NCBI GenBank assembly: GCA_012295275.1
Contig: CM022679.1
Span: 4,092,001-4,156,000, forward strand
Direction: 5' to 3'
From: Chrysomallon squamiferum
Taxonomy: Eukaryota > Animalia > Mollusca
DNA: 64,000 nt
Every line of letters begins with the position of its first letter. The first letter of the stretch is position 1. The translations under genes and the position numbers were made by a program. The notes under the pieces are model-generated. The model was not told where the DNA came from. It did no database searches and was given only the letters and a program-made list of their open reading frames with translations. This document shows, piece by piece, positions 1 through 13,700 of the stretch.

Positions 1-342
1 TGTCCCAGCACTCGCGGCAGTTACATTTTAATCAGCCCACAAGGCCGCTCGCGTAACGCGCACAATTAAAAACACACGTACTATCTGCAGCTAGCACAGA
101 GATAGAGCTGTCTGGGTTAATCTGTCTGGGAATCTCCCTCTGATTGTCTTGTCTTCTTTTTCTTTTTTGTTTGCTTCTCGCCACACTGTTGTTTCCTTGC
201 ACAAATGTCTCTGCGTCTACATTTTTATTTTTACATCTGACTGGTTTTTTTTTTTTTTTTTTTTTTTATCCATACAAACATACAAACAGCTCTATCAAGT
301 TGTCAGTCTCTCTGTTTCTCTCCTTGCATGTCTCTCAATACA

Positions 343-357
343 TACACACACACACAT

Positions 358-392
<35 letters not shown>

Positions 393-450
393 CACACACA
401 CACACACACACACACACTATCTCTCTCTCTTTTATATATATATATAAATA
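343..450. repeat. Compound (CA)n/(CAGA)n/(TA)n microsatellite
   Basis: Direct inspection. Confidence 0.9.
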
Positions 451-867
451 TGTCTATCTCTTCATATGCATGTACTAATGTATATTTGTGTCCATGCAAA
501 CATGTATACATACACACGTACACAAACACAGAGTGATATGTTAAAGCTGTGTATGAAGTAATTAATATTACCAGTGACAATACACTCTCCTACTCGATTC
601 ACGTCAAGTTGGTGTTCTGTGACATGGATACATAACGCAGACGCAAAGAGAAGAGCAAACACAATTAAGTGGATTTAACATTCAGACAGCGTACAGACGT
701 GACGATAATCAAGGACGACAACTGCTGATCTCGAAGGAAGTCGCATGTCGTTTTTAATTTAACACATTAACATGAACATTGTAGTTCCAATCGACTGTGA
801 TAGAGCGTGCGTGAGGCACAATACCAAAGAGATACATTCAAAGAGATAGACATATATATATATATAT

Positions 868-898
<31 letters not shown>

Positions 899-3168
899 AA
901 GAGAGTGAGAGAGGGAGATAGTGTCTGTTAAAAAAACGAAAAATTAGGCAGTTTCTAAATTATAAAGACAATAGAAAAAATAAATATACTGAACGAATCA
1001 AAATCAAATAACAACATTAAAAGTAAAAATGAAAAAGAAAAAAATTCTAACGTCTAATTCAAAACGTGTTTCTTTTTTCTTCTTGAACATATTTTTGTAT
1101 AATTAATTAATCATTCTTCAGTTTACTTCCACTTTCTATCTAAATCAAGATAGTAATAGATCAACATCGAGCTATCACATTTCATCATGTTTTACGACAA
1201 ACGATAAACAAATCTGGAAGCGAGAGTTCAGCCGAATGACACATTAGCAAAGCTTGTTATTATTCGCTTGTTTATTGACTGATCACAGAGTGGCCGCAGG
1301 TTCCCGCTTGTCCGGCAACACTGAATTGAAGAGACTATTTTCCGTGATTAATTTAAATCAGGCGAAACCGTGAGATGATTGTAGCTTTCATAATTATTCA
1401 AATCGTGACGCGCATGCGAGTTAGCGTTATTGCCTTAAAATGGCGAACCGGTTGTGGATAAGTAGGAAAGTAAATTGCGACATTATTTCCAACATGTAGT
1501 CACAAATGGGGCAATTAATTTGTGCTTACTGTCGGTGATTCGTGAAAAAAAAAAAAAATCATTTCTCAACGATTATTTTGGATGCGGCGTAAAGAATGAA
1601 AAAAAAGAAAGAAAGCGAAATGACAGTGCGTCTCTATACTTGACCGATCAGCTAATGTCCATTTCGCTTCTTGATATTAGATAAAACGATATTAGCACGG
1701 CCAGTCTACCATAAACCAGTCTAATTAAAATGGCGTAGTAAACAGAATGATGTGAGAGTGTGGTCAAGCGTTCACGACTGGTCACATTTGTATACAAATA
1801 CTGTAACTAATTGAGAATGGAAACCATAAAAGAGCTACTATGAGATTTTGTAAACAGAATCCACTTTCTTTACTCTGCAATATCAAACACTGCGGTATAG
1901 TGCTTTGCTATTTCTGAAAATTTGCAGTATATAAGATCGTTTTCAGTTAATCCATGAATAGCTCATAAAGTAACAGCAAAATATTTTCTCATTCAAAACA
2001 TTAATATACATTAATGACAATGTATACTGAACTGTTATTAAAAATATGCTTTTGATGATACGACGAAAGAGTGTAAATATTTTCTGGTTACTTCTAAGTT
2101 TATGCTGTCCTTGACTTTTTGTCATTCAAGTTTTTATTAGCAGTTAAGTGTAAAAAAGGTGAGTTTTTTGTACAACAACGCGGTCGCTTGCAGGGAAGAG
2201 CTTGATGTTCTCGAGAGTTCCGTCTCGATATATAAATAACTGCTGCCCACACAGTCTTCTCAGGGTTCATTATTATTATTAATATCCTATATTGAAATAA
2301 GAAAAAAACATACAGATACATATATATGGATCTCCTGTTGTATGCATGGAGATACAAAAGGAAATGAGCCCTGACAATGTACTAAGGATGTCAAAGCTTG
2401 TTTGCACTGAGTCTCCAGAGAGATAAAGTCTTGCTGATGGCAGGCAGGTTGCATAATTCTCAACTTAAATAATTAATCATTTCATGAGTGGCTGTCACTT
2501 TTGATTCGTAGGAAAATTAAGACTTTAGCTCATCCCGTCAGTGAACATCTTATCTCGAAAATCTGAATATTTTCACTGTATTGCGATGCATTGTTTAGGC
2601 TTTTCTAAATACACCTCTTTAGGCCACAATTACGAAGATGGAGTCTTTCATAGATAGCAAATAACAACGTCTATGTTCCAGAAAGCTAGGATCTTTGTTC
2701 AGAAAAGTTGTAATAGATTAAGCAAACAACACTGAGGCTTTATAATAATGATTCCTTAGATGTGTCATCATGATACCATTTTATTTATAAAAAAAGTTTT
2801 AATTATTTTTTAATTATTTACTTTCCAGCTTAATTCAAATGGACAAGGCTGGATCTCTAACTTAACAACTTCTGCATACGTACACGTTTGTGCAATCTGG
2901 TATATATATATATATATTTATAGTGTCTTTACTCACTGATACGTGAAAATCTCATTATAATTATGTTTATAGTAAGTATTTTCTGAATACCCACGTTCTC
3001 AGTGTTATAAGCAAAATTTCTATTGTGTTTTTATATATTCGTGAGTGTTATGTTTGTTCATGTGTAGACTACAGGGAAATGTACTGATTCATCCATATGT
3101 ATATAAATAATACGCACGCACACATTTGTACGTAGACTGGTTTAAGTATTACAAACACTTATACTTAC

Positions 3169-3278
3169 AAGTTATACAGTAATATATCAGGAAGCCAAAT
3201 CTTCTCTGGAGGTACTCGGATGTCTTTAATGTTGTCGTAATCTGCTTCATTCCACGTGAGAAGCATGTCCCGCCATTG
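3169..3278 (-). CDS. Nicotinic acetylcholine receptor subunit, coding exon 3 (110 nt, to loop A)
   Basis: Translates QWRDMLLTWNEADYDNIKDIRVPPEKIWLPDILLYN(F), containing WxD.LxW and IWxPDIxLYN. Acceptor tttctttcttgcAG, donor GTAAGT. The 110-nt, phase 0-to-2 exon matches the conserved nAChR exon. Downstream exons were not found in 1-3168, so the gene continues beyond the left edge. Confidence 0.95.
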
Positions 3279-4198
3279 CTGCAAGAAAGAAAAATGTCAG
3301 TGCAGAAACACGTGATATCAGAAACGTACTGTCCTGTTGTTAATTAAAACTCTTTAGGTGAAACTATTAATTTAACTTAACGTGCCAGTGTAGAAATAAA
3401 AAAGTTATAGAAATTTAACATATGACTGATATGAAAGAAATTTAACATTTGATCAGAGAAAGGATAATAAATTACGAAAAAACTGCAGAATAAAAATCGT
3501 AATTAAAAATAAAAATAATAATAAAAAAAAAAAAAAATAAAATAATAATAATAAAATAAAATAAAATAAAATAAATATTCATGAATAAATAAGTAAATTA
3601 TTCAATAATTAAGTAACTAACTAAATAACCAGTACACTTAATCATGATATATACACATTATTTTTCACTTTGTATTGATTAAAATAATGTTTTCTATTTC
3701 GTAATCATCTTCACATTCACATTATCAACCACAGTCATAAAGAAAATGATTGTTATTAGTTTCTTCTTGATCATTTTCTTTTTTTCTTCTTATTAGTAGT
3801 AGTAGTAGAAGTAATAATAATAATACATACACACATACATACACATACATGGACACAGACGTACTTGTGGTAATAGTAGTAGTAATAGAAAAAACCCAAC
3901 GTAAGCACCTTCTCACAGCCAAATCATATTTCATTTATAATGAAAACGTATTCAGACGCAGTTTATATAGATTTGAAATAACGTATTTGACATAGTTCGG
4001 TCTCGAGTCACGTCTTTCTATTACTGTCGAGTCTAGTGTTCATTAAATAATGAAATATCAGTCAAGTCAAAACTGTGATCATCAGATGTCATCTGGCAAG
4101 CCAAGCTTTGCATCGCAAAATGACTTCGGAGCAGCAGTCGTAAAATAAAACTAAATTGGTATTATAATTCATTTTAATGAAAGGTTTGACCCTATGTT

Positions 4199-4385
4199 CA
4201 TACATACATACTAATACATACTAATACATACAAACAAAAATGTACGTACATACCTACCTACCTACCTACCTACAGATACATACATACATACATACATACA
4301 TACATACATACATACATACATACATACATACATACATACACACACACATACATACTTATATACATATATACATGCATACACACTT
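4199..4385. repeat. (TACA)n microsatellite
   Basis: Direct inspection. Confidence 0.9.
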
Positions 4386-5091
4386 GCATATATTTCGGCA
4401 CAACGGCTTTAAAATCAACATGGACCCTCATTTTTCATTAACGGGGAGGAAACCCAGAGTGTGTGAAGGAACAATTAATTTACTTCACAGACGACAGGAG
4501 TAAAGTTTGGTGCTGTGTGCTGTGTGTTGTGTGCTGTGCTGTCGGGCAAGGCAAACTGCCAGTGGATTCTTAGACTTTTTGACAATAATTAAAAGATGCC
4601 AGCGACCCGCAACGATAGCAGACATCGATTCCACACAACTTCCGAATATGACACTGAGCAAGTGTGCAGCTCGGGCTGGCACCACTTCTCTATGTGGAAC
4701 ACAATTAGCTGTTTGATCGGTTCAGAAACAAGACTTGAGCAGGCTGAAGACGGCCATTAGACCACAAGTGAACTAAAGATAACCATTAAGTACGTTTAGA
4801 GGTTGGAGTCTGCCTGAAATTTTTATTTTTTTTATTTTTTTATTTTTTTTGGCCCTGCATCATGAATGCTTCGTTTTAGAGAGAATTTTAAATTTCAGAC
4901 TAATTTTATTGCTGATAGAATGTGGGGGAAGTTTATCTATCATTTACTCTCATATGAAACATGTAACTAGATACAGCCAGCCGCTGGAGAGACTGTAGCT
5001 TACAGTGAGTGTTTGAAAACTCGTCAGACGTTTGATGGAGTGCAAGAACGATATTCTGAATTGTGTTTGTCTTTGTGGATGTCTCTCTATT

Positions 5092-5093
<2 letters not shown>

Positions 5094-5123
<30 letters not shown>

Positions 5124-5419
5124 TGTATGTATGTATGTATGTATGTATGTATGTATGTATGTATGTATGTATGTATGTATGTATGAATGTATGTATGTAT
5201 GCCTCTATATCTGTGTATTTGTATATATGTTTGTGTATGTGTATGTATGTATGTGTGTATGTATGCATCTATATCTGTGTATTTGTATTTATGTTTGTGT
5301 ATGTGTATGTATGTATGTATAAAACGTATGTAGTTATATAGGTATGTATGGTATATCTGTATATCTCTTCTGTTTATCTCTATGTATGCATTATGCATTA
5401 CATACAGTTGTGTTTGTAA

Positions 5420-5450
<31 letters not shown>

Positions 5451-5540
5451 TGTGGAATATATATACATACACGGTTATGCATGTATGTGTGTGTGTATAT
5501 GTGTGCGTGTGTATATGTTGTCATAAGTGTGTATGTCTAT
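5094..5540. repeat. (TATG)n/(TG)n microsatellite block
   Basis: Direct inspection; the source of several artefactual ORFs. Confidence 0.9.
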
Positions 5541-6217
5541 GTAAGTTTGGCTATATATCAGTAACTTTGCCCTCTATTTTGTTACATGAATGCGTGTAGG
5601 TGTGGAAGACATAAATATTTGATCTTGTTTGTTCAGGATTTCGCTACTAATTCACGTCGACGAATCTCTAATTTGACCGAATTTTCTCCATCTACTGAGC
5701 TGTTACTAGACAATTTAGAACTTTCTCAGCTAATCCCATCTCACAGCGGAATAAAAACACGAGAAACACATTTGTGATTGTCTGCGCTGTAATGAGAGGT
5801 CAAAATAAATCCTTTCATGTTTAAATGCCACTAATTTTCAGGTCATATTTTAGATTTAGATTTAACCATACGTAACAGTAAAAATAATGTTTGTTTTATC
5901 TACCAGATAACTGTAACATATTAAGGATTATATCTTTGATGCGCACTAGATAAGTGTTTTATCACTGAGTTATGGCGAAATCTGCTGCTCTGATATTGTC
6001 TAGTCATATGCTCTGTCTTTAAGTTTTAATTCAGTCAAATGCTCAGTCAAATATTTTATAGTCAAATGCTCTTCAAGTTAGTTACAGTTCAGTCAGTTAC
6101 TTCAGTATTGTTTTATAACCCATTCAAATGCTCAGGTACTGAATTACAGTCCAGACAAACAGCTTCCCATTGAGTTAAAGTCCACTCATTTACGTGGGTC
6201 TAGTACCGAATACTTAC

Positions 6218-6426
6218 ATACTGATACCAAATGTTCATTTTCAACACCTGATTCTTCTCGTCGACATCCAGGATTTGGATGAGTGTGACGCCGAAGTTGA
6301 CGATGATGCTGTCGGACGTGTTCACCACGGGACGTCCCTCTTTACCTTGTTCGATGTATCGATTAAGTAATTTTTTAACCAGCTGTTTCTCCTTGGAAGT
6401 TATATTAATCTCGTCCAAAGTGTCAT
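6218..6426 (-). CDS. Nicotinic acetylcholine receptor subunit, coding exon 2 (N-terminal helix to loop D)
   Basis: Translates (D)DTLDEINITSKEKQLVKKLLNRYIEQGKEGRPVVNTSDSIIVNFGVTLIQILDVDEKNQVLKMNIWYQY, with the classic RPV..N, LIQILDVDEKNQ and loop-D Trp motifs. Acceptor ttgcAG at 6428-6427, donor GTAAGT at 6217-6212; 209 nt, phase 1 to 0. Confidence 0.95.
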
Positions 6427-7052
6427 CTGCAATTACAAGAGGACTGCCACTTTAGATATTTATCTAATAAATATTGTTAAAACAACTGAAAATGCCACAA
6501 AAAAAGAAAAAAAAAAAAAGCTAATGGATAATAAAGAAAAGGTGGGAGGGGAAAAAAATCTACTAAAGAAATTCATATTCATTTTCAGGCTGTGATCAAT
6601 AGTCTATTGCCATTCGAAGAACATTAAGCAATTCACAAGACGGTTATCTAATTAAAACTGACAAGACGAAACGCGTAGGCATGTGTGATAAAGAACAGAC
6701 AAAATAGAGAAATTAGAAATAATATTGGATACTGAAATGTAACTGATAGTCTGAACATTAGTCAAAGATCGCCGGTGAAGTCATCACGCTTAGCATGTCA
6801 AAACGAACATTACGTTTACATGCATCGATGATAAGAAACAGAACTTTCATAAATCTTTATCTAATTTAAACAAAATAATAATAATAATAAAAAAATACTG
6901 GAGAGACTTGAATTTTCCTTTGTTAAATACATCGGTGATATTATTTTGAAACCTTTTGGAAACAAAATGATAACCAATGACTATTTGGTTTAAAAAGGAA
7001 AGGGGATCTTATTTAATATTGTAAGAAGCAAACGTAATAATAATAGTAGTAG

Positions 7053-7084
<32 letters not shown>

Positions 7085-8618
7085 ACAACAACAACGACAA
7101 CAATGACGACAACAACAACAACAACAACAATAATAATAATAATATGTATGTAGTACTAATAGTAGAGGTAGCAATAGTAGTAGTAATAACAACAACAATA
7201 GTACTAAGTTTTTTGAGAAGTATATTTTAAATATATACTATTTCTCATTTATATTCACAGTGATAATTTTTTTTTTCTCTAGTTGGCAAAACCTAAACCT
7301 AAGGACAGCTGCGTGAAAGTTAATAAACGAGTAAACTTACAACTTTCCCCTAAGCTTTCGATTAGTTTTGAACTTAAGATATAAATTTAGTGCAGAGATA
7401 ACAACTCAATTCCCTACAACAGCTTCAATCTAAATGAAGCCAATGGCGTGCTATTTTTTTCTCTCTCTCTCTTTGCATTTTAATAGAACACCCAAAGCCC
7501 CCCGCCATTGCTCTCTCTACCTCTCTCTCTTTCTCTCTCTCACTTTCTAGATCTTTGAGATCTGTCATTTGGAAAGAAGCACAAGTGTTCTCGAAGCAAT
7601 AAAGTTCAAGTAGCTCTGAAGCCAGGACTGCAATGAAATGCTCGCAGTCCGCGTCTGTTGTCTAAATGCGATTGTCTTGTTTGTAAAGGAAATGCACTGT
7701 TCAGTGACAACTGTACAAACAGTGTTTAAGAGAAATCACTTAGACCTCCGAGTTTGAGTAGCAAACTGATGAGCATGGGATGGACGTTGAGTGTTTACCA
7801 AAACTGTCGAAACCGGAACGCGGGCTGTAAAACGCCAGATTGCTATTTTGGCCCAAACCGATATATTCTGCTGAAAGTGGGTACGGATAATTTCTTCGCG
7901 AGAAATGGGAGGCCGTGTGAAATCGACGTCCACTGTTTGTTCAAATGGTGGAAGGAATTAACAGTGATATGTGATGACAAGTGTTAGTAATGGTAGAGAT
8001 GTATTGATGGGACTGCCCGGATCCTGCCATATATACACTGTACATGTGTGTGAGGCTGTCTTTATTGGTACAGAACAAAGTTAATTACTTCTTGTTGCCA
8101 TCACATCGCTGGCGCCAAGGTCATTTCATCGGACGCATTGTTACTGGGCGTTAATTTCGCACCCCAGAACTGGTTCTATTGTGTAGCTAAGTGGATGTCA
8201 GATGGTCTATAAGCTGTTTGACCAATTTGTTTCGTCACATCACTGTAGGCACGCCCATTTTATTGACGACAGTGTTTGTTCGTATATCCAGAAATAGTCT
8301 TTGTTAGGAATAAATGGGTCTGTGACAGGTTACGAACATAATGACCATCTTAGAAGTTTTGGTCTTAAAAATATCAGACACTGTAACGATTCTTAGTACC
8401 TACTTCTAATCAGAGATAACTGTCGTAATATTTTTTATACAATATTTAGTTTCTCTAGTTTTTTTTCATATTCTACATTATACATTAAATTTGCTTTATC
8501 TTCAAGACGTTGGGTCCATGACAAAGTAACATGAACGTGTTACGTATTGGGAACGATTTTGAAACTAGCTTCCACCAAATTTTTTGACTATAATCCTCTA
8601 ATAACATACACTGTCCTA

Positions 8619-8619
<1 letters not shown>

Positions 8620-8699
<80 letters not shown>
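8620..8699. repeat. (AAT)n microsatellite
   Basis: Perfect trinucleotide run. Confidence 0.95.
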
Positions 8700-8701
<2 letters not shown>

Positions 8702-9425
8702 TTACCTTCTCTAAAGAGAAAACGTCTCGAGTTTTCAAATTATTCAATAACTGATCTATTTTAAAACATTAACTGTAATACTGTAAAGCCTATGATATTA
8801 ACGATTTTAGAACGTGTGTCGAATATATTGACATCAATGGCTAAGGCCAAAAAAATAAAAAAATAAAATAAAAAAATAAAAAAAAAAAAAAAAAAAAATA
8901 AATTTAAAAAAAAAAAACAAATACTGATTCTCGTCTTGACATAATATTTATTAAAACTTAAGCAGTCGAAATATTGTTGTCGAAAAATTTCGTGTTCTGA
9001 CCCATTTAAACTCTAATACCAGGAACATGGTTGTTGTGAAATCTTGTATGACACTAAAACGTAACCGGTGAATAAACAGTAGTAAAATCTAACTTACTGA
9101 CTCGCAAATCAGTCAGTGACACGATCACAGAAACCAACGTGTCATTGATGTTATGAATAACAAAGTTAATTAATTCTGCTTTCAGCTCGTATAAGAAACA
9201 AACCGTGAACACGTGAATAAAGAACGATGATACATTTTGCTCGACTGAAGACACACACTGTGACATTCATAACACAGTGACATTGTCTTGTTTAGTTCAG
9301 TTAATATGAAGAATGACATATTTATCAAATTTAATGATAATTATATATTTAGCCTAGAATTCGTCCGAAAAACAGTGAGTCAAAAATGATGTATGAATTA
9401 ACAAACCAATAACACACATGAGTAG

Positions 9426-9456
<31 letters not shown>

Positions 9457-9488
9457 TAATAATAATGATAATGATAATGATAATAGTA

Positions 9489-9549
<61 letters not shown>

Positions 9550-11716
9550 TAAATAAATAAATAAATAAATTCAACCATCTAAGAATACCTCTAAGCAATC
9601 AGCCAAACAATTAAGAAAGATTGACAATGAATCGACCCGCTAACTTACAAAGAAATAAAATAAAACAAATTCTTGAACCCCACACACAAAATGAGAAGAG
9701 TTCATGGCAATAAAACTAGAAAGAACCAACAAAATTATAAAAAAAATTAAATATTATAAAATTTAAAAATTTAAAAAAGAAGAAGCAGAAGATTAGACAC
9801 CAGTAACAACAACATCAAAGAAAAAAAAAAAAAAAAAAAAAGAAAGAAAGAAAAAAGATTTAATTAGTGAAAGACTAAGGAAAATGTAGCAGGAGAGGTG
9901 AAAAAAGACTCTAACAATCAATACAAACACAATTTAAACGCGCACGAACTAATAATAGAGTTTGAATACATAACGCAAAAGAATGGGAGGTATTCATTAA
10001 TAATATATTACTGCGATGTTTTGTTTCGAAATGTGAAAAACGAACAAAAAATTAAGATTAAGAGAGAAAGAAAAGAAAAGCGAATTTTCTCGTAAATTGA
10101 ATTCGAAACAGTCTTTGTAACCTTCGTTATTTCTTAACATTTTTATAAATGGGCCCCCGAACGCTTAAATGAAGACATAAGTCTTGCCTAAGTTGATTTG
10201 TCGCCGCCTTTGAATAGACGAACGAGCTTCTGGCTCGTACATTAGCGCCGTTTAATTCTCAGATACCACAGCTTTATGTTAAATTCAATTTAAAATCTTT
10301 TTACTTTAAAAATATTTAGGATCGCAGACCAAGTTAATTTCCATGTTGTTAAAGTATGGGCATGTCTATGCAAGCAATGATTTAACGTTTTTTTTTTTTT
10401 TTGCATATGATTTCATACCAATAGTGGTCTTGAAATTGAATTTGAACGATTTTTGCGTTAAGGATGTTTATGAAAGTGATATTTTATACGTTTAGCTAAT
10501 TATTATGCAATGTATATTGTTTTTGCTTTCTGATTCTCTTTGTCTGTCTGTCTCTCTTTGTGTCTGTCGTTCTCTCTGTCTTTGCGTCTTTGTCTCTTTC
10601 TTTCATAGTTTTAAATGTCAAAAACCGTTTCAAACAAGTAAACATTGCAATTATTTTAGGCTCGTAAAGAGAAAGTAATAATATACTTAGATAAAAACAA
10701 CACACAGGAGCACTAAACTGAACATCACTGTTAGATTCAAAGGTATCCTTGCCGTGTAATTTGAGAAAACATATTACAGCGTCTTCTTATGATCATAGCT
10801 AATTCTGGAGATTCAATGGCTTTATCTATCAGATATATAATAATCAAATTCCTGATACATTTCAGCACTACCGCTGACAATTTTGAACCAGAAAGATGAT
10901 CTGAGTGAAGACATTATAATAATTTCTAAACCAATCCTGTAAAATGGAGCAAGATGACCCTCGTGATATACAAATAATGATGAAAACGGAGGTACATGAA
11001 GAATATTTGTTTGCATTATCCTTGCGAAAACCCCAGGATCATGATTCTCCTGGTTGACAAATAACAGAGATTATTCTAAACCAGAAAACTGTAGCAGGGC
11101 TGATACTCAGCTGTTGTGGTAACATCTATAACACCATCATTACCAACAAAACAGCAGCAGCAGCAACAACAACAACAACAGAAAAAAAGAAGAAAATAAC
11201 AAAACAAAAGGAAAAAAAAAAAAAAAAAAAAAAAAAGAAAAAGGACCTTAAAAAAGGATACAACGGCAAATAATAAAACAACAACAACAACTAAAACAAA
11301 AACAATAAAAGAAAATAACTGTGACTGTATCCGACTATGTTAAATATTAGTTCAGTTACAAATCTCGTTTGATACTAATTCTATTCTTACTCTTCACGGT
11401 TAACGAAGAGTTTTCAAATACCGATAGATGTTGGCAATAACTCCAAGAAAACAATTTAAAAACAAGCGGAACATGATTTTACTAATATAAAACAAATAAG
11501 TACAGACTGATTTTGACGTAGTTGAAAAAAGGAACATAACCAATGTTAACTGATATAGGACGATGAAATTACATAAATAATATTACGGCAATAATAATGT
11601 TATCAGCAATGATTATCTCTGCACGTTCTGTTCATATAAAGACACATTTCTTGACTACGCGTAACCAAACCGCTGAACACAAGGAATATGATCTTCTTAA
11701 TTATTGTAATCGATGA

Positions 11717-11756
<40 letters not shown>

Positions 11757-13437
11757 TAATAATAATAATAACGAGAGAGCAAGAAAGATAGGAAAAAAAA
11801 GAAAGATAGGAAAAGAAAGAAAGAGAAGATGAGCGAGAATGACAGAGAGAAAAAAAAATGAAAAAAAATGAAAGAACAACAAAAAGAAATCCTAACAGCA
11901 GTTGACATTGTGTTTAACAAAACTGTTGAAAATTAGGAACACGATCTTCACGGTGGGAAAACAATAATGGAAAAGCTGATACGTTTTGGCCGCGTTTTGA
12001 CCTGAACTGTTTTAAAACACGAGAAAAGTGATATCCACTGTGGTCTCGGGACATGTTAGAGTATTGGTTAAATTACAGACAACCACGCGTTTCTCTAATT
12101 GAATTACCAACTTAACGACCATCAGACGTCACCGAGCAAGAATGGCTGACATTACGCAGAGCGTTTTCGAAACGATGCAGTCGTCACCTTCAGGAACGAC
12201 GTCGTTTTCAAACAGAACAAGCTAATTTAGTTAGTTAAGTCGTTTTTCTGAAGTGATGTTATACTGGATCCTCATTTTCATTTTACTTTTATTTATTTAT
12301 TTATTTATTTATTTATTATTTATTATTATCATCATCATCATCATCGTCATCATCATCATCATCATCATCGTCATCATCATCATCATCATCATCATTATTA
12401 TTAACAAATTTATTAATTTCGGTTCGTTAATATAATATAAATTTATTACTTAAGATGTTGTCATTTTTTTCACTGATAGAAATACCTGAATCTTCATGAG
12501 ACATGTAGAACTAATTAAAAATGTATGTCTTTTTCATTAACGCAACTGTTTTATTTGTGTTTTTTTATCATTTTTTGGATTTTTCTAAATATTTTAAAAA
12601 TAAAATAGGCTGTTATCCTTAAAACGGCAGCAATCGGAACAGAAATAAGAACGAAAATATTTGTTTCGTTATTTTTGTTACTAAATACAAAAGATATATA
12701 GGTATAAATGTATGTATGTAGATAGGTATATAAATGGCAGGTAAGTTGATAAACAGAATGTTAGGCAGACGGAGAGATGGATGCATGGACAGACAGATGG
12801 ATAAATAAAGAGAAAGACCGGTAACTATGTAGATTGATAAATAGCTAGAAAGATAGATAAGGTAGATAACAGGAAGGTAGATTGACAAATAAAAAGAGAG
12901 ATAGGCTTAATAATACTGAAGATACGAAATCTCTACATCTTCATTCTAATCACAAATAAAACAAAAATATGGTAGAGTCAAATTATAAAATCTGTGGATA
13001 CAAGCAAAATCGTTAATTTCATTTCAATCACCCTCGTTGTCTATTTTCGTCCCGCGTCCTTGCACTTTAACTCGAAATGACAAGTGGAAGTGATGTCAAA
13101 GCACGAGGACCAATCATCTTCATCCTCACGTCACTCTCGCCCAATTACTCGAGCTACCCAGAAGTGATTTGCGAAAAACAGCGACCCTACTTAAAAGAGG
13201 GGCGATTTATCTGAGGGGCAAAAATGATTGGGTACGGATTGAGATCGAGCGGACAAATTGAAAAAAAAAAAAAAAAAAAAAAAAAAAAGGTGGTGGGAGT
13301 TCATCTGTATTAGTGATTGGTTCTGAGGACCAAGAACTTCCAGTCGACTCCAAAGTCGCATACGTCTAAGTTGATGAACGACACAAAGATAACTTCTCAG
13401 ACTGTGTCAGATCATTAGCCAGTAATAAGGGGAAGGA

Positions 13438-13700
13438 AAAAAGTGAATAATCACATGGTTTAAAGAACACAAAGTGTACGAGAGTCGCTACGAAAAGGTA
13501 ATAATTACGTAGTTTCAGGAATATCAAAGCGTAGGATACTGACTTGCAAAAAGATTATAATTACGTGTTTGGAGGAAGGCGAAAATGAATGAGCGTCGCC
13601 AAACATTAATAATAAATATTTCAGAAATTCGAGGAAAGCTCATTTCTAACAGACATGCTATCAAACCCTCCAAAATCATAATTGTTGTAGTTTAACGAAA
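13438..13700. repeat. Degenerate ~54-bp tandem array (4-5 units)
   Basis: AAAA-N4-ATAAT(T/C)ACRT-GTTT recurs at about 13438, 13493 and 13548, with weaker copies at about 13601 and 13672. Confidence 0.5.

Noticed and set aside
462-662. Minus-strand hydrophobic ORF (VFALLFASALCIH...) resembling a signal-peptide exon
   Set aside because: There is no in-frame ATG (a TAA lies just upstream of the GTG), it sits downstream of nAChR exon 3, and it has no similarity to the expected next exon.
2100-2357. Minus-strand ORF containing REHQAL, vaguely like the expected next nAChR exon
   Set aside because: It lacks the AD start, the W.P and Cys-loop motifs and suitable splice sites, so the resemblance is coincidental.
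13438-13700. CRISPR-like repeat/spacer appearance
   Set aside because: It lies in a eukaryotic intron, the repeats are too degenerate, the spacers are partly similar to each other, and there are no cas genes.
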